Of a stretch of 16,005 bases of DNA, positions 1 to 8,026 are shown in pieces. The DNA lies in contig CAWDSQ010000031.1 of the NCBI GenBank assembly GCA_963804955.1, forward strand, positions 1 through 16,005, in the 5' to 3' direction. Within the stretch, counting starts at the first letter, position 1, and each line of letters begins with the position of its first letter. The position numbers were made by a program, and so were the translations under genes. This stretch comes from an uncultured delta proteobacterium. GTDB lineage: Bacteria; Desulfobacterota; WTBG01; CAIYCZ01; CAIRTM01. The notes below the pieces were generated by a model. That model was not told the DNA's origin. It worked only from the letters and a program-made list of their open reading frames with translations, and ran no database searches.

Positions 1-1102
1 ATGCAGAAAAGAACCCCTTCCCGCACCGGCACCGCAACGCTGCCTCTTCACTGGGGCAAAGCCCCGCCCTGGCTGTTCAACCGCATGAAGCGCCTTGCCC
101 GGCAGATCATGCTCATTATCCTTTCCGATTTCGGCCCGCGGGAGCTGCTTGCCCGCCTCTCCGACCCGCTCTGGTTTCAGGCTCTGGGATGCGCGCTGGG
201 GTTTGACTGGCATTCAAGCGGACTGACCACTACGGTCTGCGGCGCACTCAAAGAAGCAGCAGGCGACATGGCCCATGAAACGGGTTTTTTTGCCGCAGGC
301 GGCAAGGGCCGAACATCACGCAAAACACCCGATGAAATAATGAGCTGGGGTGGCGACATAACGGTGCCTCCTGAGCAACTCGTGTATGCCAGCCGCATGT
401 CGGCCAAGGTCGACAGCGCAGCCGTGCAGGACGGCTATCAGCTCTATCACCATGTCTTTTTCTTCACCCGCGAGGGCCAGTGGGCCGTGGTGCAGCAGGG
501 ACTCAATTACGACACCCGCTATGCCCGGCGCTATCACTGGCTGAGCGCGCAGCTGCCCTCATTTGTCTGCGACCCCCATGCCGCGGTCTGCTGCGATGCT
601 CACGACGAGACATTCAAACCTCGTAGCTGCAGAAGGAGCTGACAACCGCAGCTCGTCAGTTCGACTGGCAGCCGAGCATCCCGACGAACTGTTTGCAGAG
701 GCTGAAAAAATCATAGAGCTGGAGCTTCCCGCCCGGCACCAGATCACCCGCAAGGACATCAACCCTGACAAGCTCTATTCGATTTTTGTTAAAACCTATG
801 AAGCCCAGTCAACAAACTATGAAGAGCTGCTAAGCCTGCGGGGCGTGGGACCTAAATCGCTGCGGGCCCTAGCCCTGCTCTCCGAGCTCATCTATGGCGC
901 TGCGCCATCATTTAAGGACCCCGTGCGCTACAGCTATGCCCACGGCGGCAAAGACGGCCACCCCTACCACGTGGCGCGCGACGTGTATGACAACTCCATC
1001 GAATTTCTCCGAGAGGTGGTTAATAAAAGCAAAATCGAGGCAAGCGACAAACAGCGGGCTTTCAAGCAGCTTGCGGCATTCTATGCGCGGGGGGAAAGGT
1101 GA
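1..1102 (+). CDS. DUF763 domain-containing protein, split by a +1 frameshift at ~616-618
   Basis: ORF 1..642 carries DUF763-type motifs (LPLHWGKAPPWLF, GFDWHSSGLTT, SAKVDSAAVQDGYQLYHH). ORF 563..1102 carries the C-terminal part (LRGVGPKSLRALAL, DPVRYSYAHGGKDGHPY). Removing one A from AAA 616-618 gives continuous ...HDETFNLVAAEG... Confidence 0.85.
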
Positions 1103-1153
1103 AGTGATATTGCATTAATGACGCAAACGCGAACAACAAAAACCAATGCTTTT

Positions 1154-1188
1154 TTCCCTCCCCTGGTGGGAGGGATACAGGGAGGGGG
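1154..1188. repeat. Left arm of 35-bp inverted repeat, itself a hairpin (REP-like)
   Basis: ttccctcccctggtgggagggatacagggaggggg; 32/35 identical to the reverse complement of 1529-1563; internal stem tccctccc/gggaggga. Confidence 0.9.
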
Positions 1189-1194
1189 ATCTGA

Positions 1195-1638
1195 TTGATC
1201 AAGCGATTAGCAGCCGTTTCTAAAAAATTGCGGCAGCAGTCAACTGAAGCAGAGAAGCGTCTATGGAGCAGGCTTCGCTCAAAACAGATGGAGGCCTATA
1301 AATTCAGAAGGCAGCAGCAAATCGGGAATTATATTGTAGATTTTGTCTGCTTTGAAAAAGGATTGATTATAGAACTTGACGGCGGACAGCATGCAACAAA
1401 TATGGAAAGCGATAAAAAGCGGGATAACTGGCTTAGATCGGAAGGCTTTGAGGTTGTCCGGTTCTGGAATACTGATGTGTTTGAAAATATTGAAGGGGTA
1501 ATGGAGACTGTTAAAAACAGATTATTAGCCCCCTCCCTCAGTCCCTCCCACCAGGGGAGGGAAGACGGAAACGACATGAACAGGTTCGCCACGACGAATT
1601 CCCTAAAAATGCGGAAACAGGATTGGCGCCTCAAATAA
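1195..1638 (+). CDS. DUF559 family (Vsr-like) endonuclease domain protein
   Basis: Motifs LRQQSTEAEKRLWSRLR, KFRRQQQIGNYIVDFVC, LIIELDGGQH, DKKRDNWLRSEGFEVVRFWN. TTG start 9 nt after GGAGG (1181-1185). The C-terminal tail reads through the right repeat (PSLSPSHQGRE). Confidence 0.9.
   Translation: MIKRLAAVSKKLRQQSTEAEKRLWSRLRSKQMEAYKFRRQQQIGNYIVDFVCFEKGLIIELDGGQHATNMESDKKRDNWLRSEGFEVVRFWNTDVFENIEGVMETVKNRLLAPSLSPSHQGREDGNDMNRFATTNSLKMRKQDWRLK
1529..1563. repeat. Right arm of 35-bp inverted repeat (REP-like hairpin)
   Basis: ccccctccctcagtccctcccaccaggggagggaa; reverse complement of 1154-1188 except for 3 consecutive bases. Confidence 0.9.
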
Positions 1639-1642
1639 TCTT

Positions 1643-2134
1643 ATGCAAAAAATCGAAGAAATAAAACGCCACAAAAACAAACCCGAACAGCATTTCCTGT
1701 GCGACCTCGCCCTTCGCGAGCAGGATCATATCGTTCTGGTCTATCATGCTTCATCTTCAGGCCGCATCGCCGACATCGACATCGCTCCCGGCTCCACTAC
1801 CATCGCCCACTACTGGCAGTCCGGCGGCTATGTTCTCTGGCGCATGTTTGCAGCCGACCACACGCTTGTCGGAACGCTCTTTCATATCTGCGCTAATACT
1901 GATATACAGGAAGCAAGTGTCAGCTACGATGATCTTATTCTGGATATCTGGATCACCCCGCAAGGGGTTGCGCGAGTGCTTGATGAGGATGAACTGGCCG
2001 ACGCGATCAAGGATGGGCTGCTAACAAATGACGAGCAGCGTTGGATAGAAAAGCAGAAACAGATTGTCCTTTCCGGATACTCTGTCATTATCGACCAGAT
2101 TGCAGCTATTGAAGCAACCATTTTGAACCTGTAG
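1643..2134 (+). CDS. DUF402 domain-containing protein
   Basis: 163-aa ORF with YDDLILDIWITPQGVARVLDEDELADA, typical of the DUF402 (FomD-like) acidic motif. Confidence 0.7.
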   Translation: MQKIEEIKRHKNKPEQHFLCDLALREQDHIVLVYHASSSGRIADIDIAPGSTTIAHYWQSGGYVLWRMFAADHTLVGTLFHICANTDIQEASVSYDDLILDIWITPQGVARVLDEDELADAIKDGLLTNDEQRWIEKQKQIVLSGYSVIIDQIAAIEATILNL

Positions 2135-2187
2135 GGGGGCTTACGAAGCACGTCCCCCTGTGTTTAAAATATTATCATGGTGATTCA

Positions 2188-3099
2188 ATGATAACCGCCC
2201 CAACCGTTCTCGTTTTAGGTGCTGGTGCAAGCATGCCATTTAATTTTCCCTCAGGAGCAAAACTCTTGCAGGATATTATAAAGTTACTTTCTACAGACAA
2301 AATGCTACAACATGTTCCTGCAAACAATCCAACAGATCTCAGGGCTTTTCAAAATGCTTTGAGTCACTCTGGGACTTCTTCAATTGATGCATTTCTTGAA
2401 CACAGGCCTGAATTTATAGAAGTCGGAAAAATCGCAATTGCGCTTTCTCTAATGCCTTGTGAAAAAGATGAGGCTCTATTCCAATCTTCACAACACTGGT
2501 ATCAGTTCCTTTTTCAACAATTGAATGCCAGTTTCAATAATTTTGGTGAGAATAAGCTTGGAATAATTACCTACAACTATGACCGTTCACTGGAGTATTA
2601 CTTAGTAACAGCTTTACAAAATAAATACGGGAAGGATTTTGAATCCTGTTTGGAACAATTTAAAAAAATACACTTTATACATTTACATGGCTCCTTAGGC
2701 GATCCTTTTGGTGGTGACCATACGACTCATAAAAGCTATTCCTCTAATTGCACACCTAAAGACATTGGTGTTGGTGCAAGGAATATTAAAATTATTCATG
2801 AGTCTATAGACAATGAACCACAGTTTAAAAAGGCTCATGATTTATTAATAAACGCTAAAAAAATTTGTTTTCTAGGTTTTGGATACGACAAAACAAATCT
2901 TAATCGTATAAGTCCTCAAGTTAAAATCGATTGGAGACTAACACCAGTCTATGGAACAGCATTTGGTTTAGGAAAAGCTCAATCCGATTGGGTAAAGTTT
3001 TATTTTAAAAAAAATTTTGGAGCTGACATCCAACTAGGGAATACAGACACTACAATTGAAAAATTCCTAAAAGATTATCCAGCAATTATAAATTGGTAA
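2188..3099 (+). CDS. SIR2-like (SIR2_2/AbiH-related) domain protein, putative NADase or anti-phage effector
   Basis: Motifs in sirtuin order: VLVLGAGAS..FPSG, ITYNYDRSLE, IHLHGS, CFLGFGY. The gene is much more AT-rich than its neighbours (sampled 60-nt lines were 23-42% GC). Confidence 0.75.
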   Translation: MITAPTVLVLGAGASMPFNFPSGAKLLQDIIKLLSTDKMLQHVPANNPTDLRAFQNALSHSGTSSIDAFLEHRPEFIEVGKIAIALSLMPCEKDEALFQSSQHWYQFLFQQLNASFNNFGENKLGIITYNYDRSLEYYLVTALQNKYGKDFESCLEQFKKIHFIHLHGSLGDPFGGDHTTHKSYSSNCTPKDIGVGARNIKIIHESIDNEPQFKKAHDLLINAKKICFLGFGYDKTNLNRISPQVKIDWRLTPVYGTAFGLGKAQSDWVKFYFKKNFGADIQLGNTDTTIEKFLKDYPAIINW

Positions 3100-3184
3100 T
3101 CTTATACATTGCTTGGGTGCAGGGTGCGAAGCACGTAGGCCGAATTGCTGAACAAATCCGGCAATTTAATAAATAAACTTTACT

Positions 3185-3204
3185 TGGTGCGCAATGCGCA
3201 TCCT
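3185..3204. repeat. Short REP-like palindrome, copy 1
   Basis: tggtgcgcaatgcgcatcct; 18/20 identical to 4133-4152. Confidence 0.6.
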
Positions 3205-3250
3205 GACTCCCACTATCGTAAAATTATTTACCTCAGAAAGGACTCCTGAC

Positions 3251-4069
3251 ATGACTGGCGATGCGCTGGGCGGCTCTACAGAATTTGAAGTCGTAAAAAT
3301 CAGGTGCGGTTCTGCCGAAACGTTCACGCAGGCCGTCGCGACCGAGGTGCCGTGCACAATCGTCATCAACGGCAAAGAGGCTGTCACCACCCTGATGACG
3401 CCCACTCACTTTAAGGAATTTGCCGTGGGGCATCTCTTTACCGCAGGCATTATCACGCGGGCCGAAGACATAGTCAGCTGCAGCTGCGACGAGATCAGGT
3501 GGCGCCTTGATGTGGAGACGCGGCGCGAGGTTGATCTTGATCTTTTGGGCAAGCGGGTCTACACAAGCGGCTGCGGCAAAGGGGTCATGTATGCCAATGT
3601 CATCGAGCTTTCGTCGCGCCACCCGCTGCCTTCAGGGTTCACTGTGCAGGCAGGCCATCTGAAAGCGGCCATACAGTGGCTTTTGTCAAGCTCTGTGCTG
3701 TTTCAGGCAACTCGGGGCGTTCACTCCGTGGCGCTGAGCCTCGGGGGTACGCTGCCTGACATGCTTATCGACGATATCGGCCGCCACAATGCCGTAGACA
3801 AAATTATCGGGTACGGGCTGCTGCACGGCCTTGATTTTTCGCGCAGCATACTGCTCAGCACCGGCAGGACCTCCTCGGAGATACTGCATAAGGCAAAGCG
3901 GGCGGAGATACCCATAGTGCTCTCACGCGGGGCGCCGACACACCAGACAATTCTTCTCTCGCGAGACATGGGCGTAACGGTAGCCGGCTTCAAACGCTCG
4001 GGAGACATTGTCATCTATTCAAACTGGCAGCGCGTGCTTACCGATAGCGGCATCCCTTCAATGGAATGA
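3251..4069 (+). CDS. fdhD: Formate dehydrogenase accessory sulfurtransferase FdhD
   Basis: Motifs VATEVPCTIVING, TPTHFKEFAVGHLFTAG, YTSGCGKG, TRGVHS, DDIGRHNAVDKIIG, STGRTSSEI, SRGAPT. ATG 3251 follows an AAGGA ribosome-binding site, whereas the ORF-track start at 3194 lies inside the palindrome. Confidence 0.92.
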   Translation: MTGDALGGSTEFEVVKIRCGSAETFTQAVATEVPCTIVINGKEAVTTLMTPTHFKEFAVGHLFTAGIITRAEDIVSCSCDEIRWRLDVETRREVDLDLLGKRVYTSGCGKGVMYANVIELSSRHPLPSGFTVQAGHLKAAIQWLLSSSVLFQATRGVHSVALSLGGTLPDMLIDDIGRHNAVDKIIGYGLLHGLDFSRSILLSTGRTSSEILHKAKRAEIPIVLSRGAPTHQTILLSRDMGVTVAGFKRSGDIVIYSNWQRVLTDSGIPSME

Positions 4070-4132
4070 ATAAAAAATTTTTGGGTCGGTTCGCTAATTG
4101 CCCTGCGGTAAAACGTATACTAACTGATTAGA

Positions 4133-4152
4133 TGGTGCGCGATGCGCACCCT
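4133..4152. repeat. Short REP-like palindrome, copy 2
   Basis: tggtgcgcgatgcgcaccct; perfect 7-bp stem ggtgcgc-gat-gcgcacc. Confidence 0.6.
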
Positions 4153-4184
4153 TTCTTTCAAACCCGCAATTCGAGAGGAACTTT

Positions 4185-5582
4185 ATGATCGCAACTTTAA
4201 CATTCATGGGAGCAACAGGCACGGTTACCGGGTCGCGGTATCTTCTGGAAGCCGAAGGTAAAAAATACCTCATCGACTGCGGCCTGTTTCAGGGCTTGAA
4301 AGAAATACGGCAGCGCAACTGGGAACCCTTCCCTGTGCCGCCACATGAAATCGACCGCGTACTGCTGACCCATGCCCATATTGACCACTGCGGCTTTCTG
4401 CCCCGCATTGTGCAGCAGGGTTTCAAAGGGCCGGTGCACTGCACCTTTCCCACGGCAGACATCTGCAGCCTCGTCCTCAGAGACAGCGCCTACCTTCAGG
4501 AAGAAGACGCGCGGTACGCAAACAAAAAAGGCTTCTCAAAGCACAAGCCCGCCCTGCCCCTCTATACTGTGCAGGATGCCGAAGATGCCATCAGCCTCTT
4601 TAAACCAGTACACTACGGCCAGGATCTCTTTTTCTCAGACACCATGCGCGTCAAATTCAAGGACGCGGGGCATATTCTCGGCTCATCGTTTATCGACGTG
4701 AAGCTCATGCAGGCAGACAAGCCGACCCGCATCCTCTTTAGCGGCGACATCGGCAGCCCCGACCGCCCCATATTGCGCGACCCCACGCAGGTATTTGAAG
4801 TGGACTATCTCGTGCTTGAATCGACCTACGGCGACCGCACCCATGACCACGGCGACGACGCCCGCCGGGACGGGCTGGCCCGTATTATCAATGAAAGCGT
4901 CAAGCGCGGCGGCATACTGATCATTCCGTCGTTTGCCGTGGAGCGCTCGCAGGAGCTGCTCTACTATATCCGAGAACTTGAGGACCAAAAACGCATTCCC
5001 GTGCTGCCGGTCTATCTTGATTCGCCCATGGCAGTGTCAGCCACTGAGATCTTTGAAAAATGGAAGCTTGTCTACGATATGGAAGCACGAATGCAGGAGC
5101 TCGACGGCAGGCATATCATGCAGACACAGATGCTGCATGTCGTGCGCGATGCCTCGGAGTCAAAGCTGCTGCACAATGTGAAGGGCCCGGCCATATTTAT
5201 TTCCGCCAGCGGCATGCTTGAAGGCGGCCGCATACTGCATCACCTTGAGCACCGCCTTCCCTTCGCGGAAAACACTGTCCTCTTTGTCGGGTATCAGGCC
5301 GAGGGCACCCGCGGCAGGTCGATCCTCAACGGCAGCCCGACCATTAAGATTCACGGGCAGATGATTCCCGTGCATGCCAAAATCGAGAATATCACCGGTT
5401 TCTCCGGCCATGCCGATTACAAGGAGATACTTGCCTGGCTCATGGGCTTTAACCGGCCGCCGGTTAAAACCTTTATCGTCCACGGTGAGCCTGAGGCTGC
5501 TCAAGCCATGGCTAAAAACATCAGAACAACACTTGGCTGGGAGGTTGAAATACCGGAATTCATGCAAACGGTACAACTGTAG
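4185..5582 (+). CDS. MBL-fold beta-CASP family RNA-processing hydrolase (YSH1/CPSF73-like)
   Basis: Motifs GATGTVTGS, LIDCGLFQG, LTHAHIDHCG, DAGHILGS, FSGDIG, ESTYGDR, SASGMLEGGRILHHL, FSGHAD, VHGE; GAGG ribosome-binding site upstream. Confidence 0.93.
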   Translation: MIATLTFMGATGTVTGSRYLLEAEGKKYLIDCGLFQGLKEIRQRNWEPFPVPPHEIDRVLLTHAHIDHCGFLPRIVQQGFKGPVHCTFPTADICSLVLRDSAYLQEEDARYANKKGFSKHKPALPLYTVQDAEDAISLFKPVHYGQDLFFSDTMRVKFKDAGHILGSSFIDVKLMQADKPTRILFSGDIGSPDRPILRDPTQVFEVDYLVLESTYGDRTHDHGDDARRDGLARIINESVKRGGILIIPSFAVERSQELLYYIRELEDQKRIPVLPVYLDSPMAVSATEIFEKWKLVYDMEARMQELDGRHIMQTQMLHVVRDASESKLLHNVKGPAIFISASGMLEGGRILHHLEHRLPFAENTVLFVGYQAEGTRGRSILNGSPTIKIHGQMIPVHAKIENITGFSGHADYKEILAWLMGFNRPPVKTFIVHGEPEAAQAMAKNIRTTLGWEVEIPEFMQTVQL

Positions 5583-5603
5583 GAAGATAAAAACAATAAT
5601 CAG

Positions 5604-5638
5604 AAGGCCGGGCTGCTGCACACAGCCCGGCCTTTTTT
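5604..5638 (+). terminator. Rho-independent terminator between convergent genes
   Basis: aaggccgggctg-ctgcaca-cagcccggcctt followed by TTTT, 21 nt after the stop codon. Confidence 0.85.
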
Positions 5639-5709
5639 ATTGATACAACTACGTGATACGAATAAAAAACATGTATAGCAGGCTGGAGTAAAACGGCTGC
5701 GTTGCCATC

Positions 5710-6585
5710 TCACTTGGCTTTTCGGCGCTCGTACATTTTGCAGATATCCGACAGTGCGGCAGCCATGGCGGGATTTGTCTTCATAATCTCCACGGTTTCA
5801 TCAGGAGATTCCAGAAGTTTAAGATAGGCTGCCTCAACGGTATTTGTTTTCATCCGCAGAACCCCGAACAGCATATCGGCAATATCCACGCCTCTGATAT
5901 TGGCATAAAAATTCGAGCTGTAATACAAGTCACACATCAGGCACAGCCGGGCGATTGCGGTGCCGGGCTTATGATGCTGGTGAATATATTTCGGGTTGAG
6001 CACATAAATTCTTATTTTTTTTATGCTGTGGCAGGTTAAGAAATACATGTACCGGTTAAAATCCTTACCCTCGCCGAAAACCTTCTCGGCAAGTTCACGC
6101 TGAGCCTTGTTGAGGCCGCCGCTCTTAACGTTCTGCCAGTAGTAGCGAGTATCGATTTCGAAATAGGCAAATTCGGGATCAAATTCTTTAAGTTTGAGAG
6201 AAAAAAGCCTGGTTCTATGCGTATGCCCCGTTTTAACCGAGTCGTACACTTTTTTTACTTCATCTTTGCTGAGCCGGTAGTTTTCATTAGCCAGCATCTG
6301 CCGGCATGCTTCTTCCAGATTGTTGAAAATGGGGTTTGCTTCACGCCTGCCAAAATACAAAAAACCCTCTTTGCCGAGCTTTGTTTTTTCAACCGCATAC
6401 ATGCCGAAGTCTGCCGTGAAATAAAAATAGTTCAAAAATGCAGGATCAGTGATGTTCTTATAGTCCAGAGCCCGCTTGGCTGCTATTTCGGCAGATGTTG
6501 AAATAAAATCAGCATCAAAAAGGGCTGCATCCTTTTGAAATATCCCCCTGTTTTTCTTATTGGTAATAAGTTTAATTATATCCAT
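5710..6585 (-). CDS. Hypothetical protein (291 aa), with a C-terminal part resembling archaeal DGR target-like proteins
   Basis: Long uninterrupted ORF. The segment AIARLCLMCDLYYSSNFYANIRGVDIADMLFGV resembles, from memory, variable regions of DPANN DGR target proteins. Family assignment is unverified. Confidence 0.7.
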   Translation of the reverse strand: MDIIKLITNKKNRGIFQKDAALFDADFISTSAEIAAKRALDYKNITDPAFLNYFYFTADFGMYAVEKTKLGKEGFLYFGRREANPIFNNLEEACRQMLANENYRLSKDEVKKVYDSVKTGHTHRTRLFSLKLKEFDPEFAYFEIDTRYYWQNVKSGGLNKAQRELAEKVFGEGKDFNRYMYFLTCHSIKKIRIYVLNPKYIHQHHKPGTAIARLCLMCDLYYSSNFYANIRGVDIADMLFGVLRMKTNTVEAAYLKLLESPDETVEIMKTNPAMAAALSDICKMYERRKAK

Positions 6586-6798
6586 GTCTTTTCACAAAAA
6601 AGCTGTTGTCTGGTTATGGTGCATGAGAAGGCGCCCAACCGTACCTGGCATGGCCTGGGCTTGTGATGCCCGTGCAGGGCATGCCTTACTGCGAAGGCTC
6701 AATCCCCCTCTCCCCCAAAAAAAACTATTTGATCAACGTATACCGATTTAAGCAATACAACCAATCAGCAAATCAATATTTACCAGATAATAGTACAA

Positions 6799-6815
6799 TA
6801 CAAATATTGTGCCAA
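6799..6815 (-). promoter_or_regulatory. Possible sigma-54 promoter (non-canonical -12)
   Basis: Minus strand TTGGCACAATATTTGTA = GG-N10-GT instead of GG-N10-GC, ~210 nt upstream of the start at 6585. Confidence 0.35.
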
Positions 6816-7213
6816 TTTACTTTAAATAATTAATCAAGCATTTTCGATTAGTTAAAAACATGCAGGAGTTATTAACAACTAAAAATGTGTTCCATGGTAC
6901 ATAAATGCACAATCAAAAGCGTATCAAATCCTTACTGTCCCTGTCTGTTTATATAATTGGATGGCCCGTAGGGTTGAAGCGAAAAAAAGAGTGGCAAAGG
7001 CAATCGTTGAGGCACTTTAAATATATCCCCTGCTTAAGAAAGCGGAACAGGCGGCCCAGCGGCGGATTTGGATGTGATGGCGGGTTTTCGATTTTTTAGT
7101 CGAGATCTGCGGAATTAAACTTACTCACTATTTGTGAGGGTAGAGGTTGATTTTATAGCAGCAAAGTTCTTCAACCAAATTAAACGGCTTGAGTCTAGCC
7201 TGCTCTTCTTTGC

Positions 7214-7395
7214 TCACAACCACCAAAACAGGCATGGCGCCAGGAAAACAAACGATCCGAGGACGGCTGCCATGTAAAAAAACAAAAGGGGTATACACAC
7301 CAGAAACTGCGGAAATAATTCCGGACTAAAAATCATGTTTGGGATCAATAAAACCATATAGCCAAAGATAACAACGGCCTTGTGCATATTTTGCA
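7214..7395 (-). pseudogene. Orphan 3' fragment paralogous to the C-terminus of the 7417..7975 gene
   Basis: Translates ...HKAVVIFGYMVLL...AAVLGSFVFLAPCLFWWL* versus ...NQAIIIVGSFVRL...ALILGSFVLLAPCLFFWL* in the upstream gene; DNA similarity between 7214-7260 and 7417-7463. Confidence 0.65.
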
Positions 7396-7416
7396 TTGCC
7401 GGCAAGCCTTGGCAGC

Positions 7417-7975
7417 TCACAGCCAGAAAAAAAGGCACGGCGCCAGCAAAACAAAAGAGCCGAGAATCAGCGCGGTGCCAATGATCACCCCGGGGATAAT
7501 CACAAAGAGTATGGCCGCAGAAACAACTGCCGCCTGCAACACCGGATTCAAGAGCATCACGCCATAGGCAACCAAGAGATAAAAAACTATAAGGCTTCCA
7601 TACACCAATCGCACAAATGACCCAACGATGATAATCGCCTGATTGCACGGCGCATCGAAAAGCTCAATGGTCATGAATTGTTCCCGCACGGTGTTTGCCC
7701 GCTCGCCCAAGGTGCGGGCCTCATCGACCGTCATTATCATGCGCTGCACATTGCCCGATGCGAGCAGCTTCAGGTCGGCAAGACTGTTTTTGGCTGAGGT
7801 CTGTATGGCCAGGGCATCGCCTTCCGTGCAGGCGGCCCCTGGGTCTGCGCAGGCAGTGTATGCCTCGATTACAGAAAGTGTGTCCTTGCTGATATCATAC
7901 AGCGTTTTCTCACCGGCAAAGACCGTGCCGTGTATCAGTAAATGCTGCAAAAAACATGAAGGTACTTTTTTTCAT
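7417..7975 (-). CDS. Hypothetical exported protein with Cys-containing helical domain and hydrophobic C-terminus (frameshift in signal-peptide region)
   Basis: ATG 7975 (MKK...) follows an AAGGGGAG ribosome-binding site but is 1 nt out of frame with ORF 7417..7950. Deleting one base in a homopolymer (7966-7972 or 7940-7942) restores a signal peptide ending ...LLIHGTVFA. The C-terminus has about 2-3 hydrophobic segments. Confidence 0.7.
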
Positions 7976-8026
7976 ACGACAGCTCCCCTTTTCGGCTGAT
8001 TTTTTTGATTTTTCATACCTGCTGCA

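Noticed and set aside
1120..1573. gacgcaaacg (1120-1129) and gacggaaacg (1564-1573) as a target-site duplication of the DUF559 cassette
   Set aside because: The match is imperfect and the left copy is 24 nt away from the repeat arm, so it is compatible with chance.
6646..6722. Imperfect hairpin (6647-6685) and CCCCCTCTCCCCC tract as a riboswitch or a further copy of the DUF559 repeat
   Set aside because: No recognisable riboswitch motif, and the C-rich tract lacks the complementary GGGAGGG arm.
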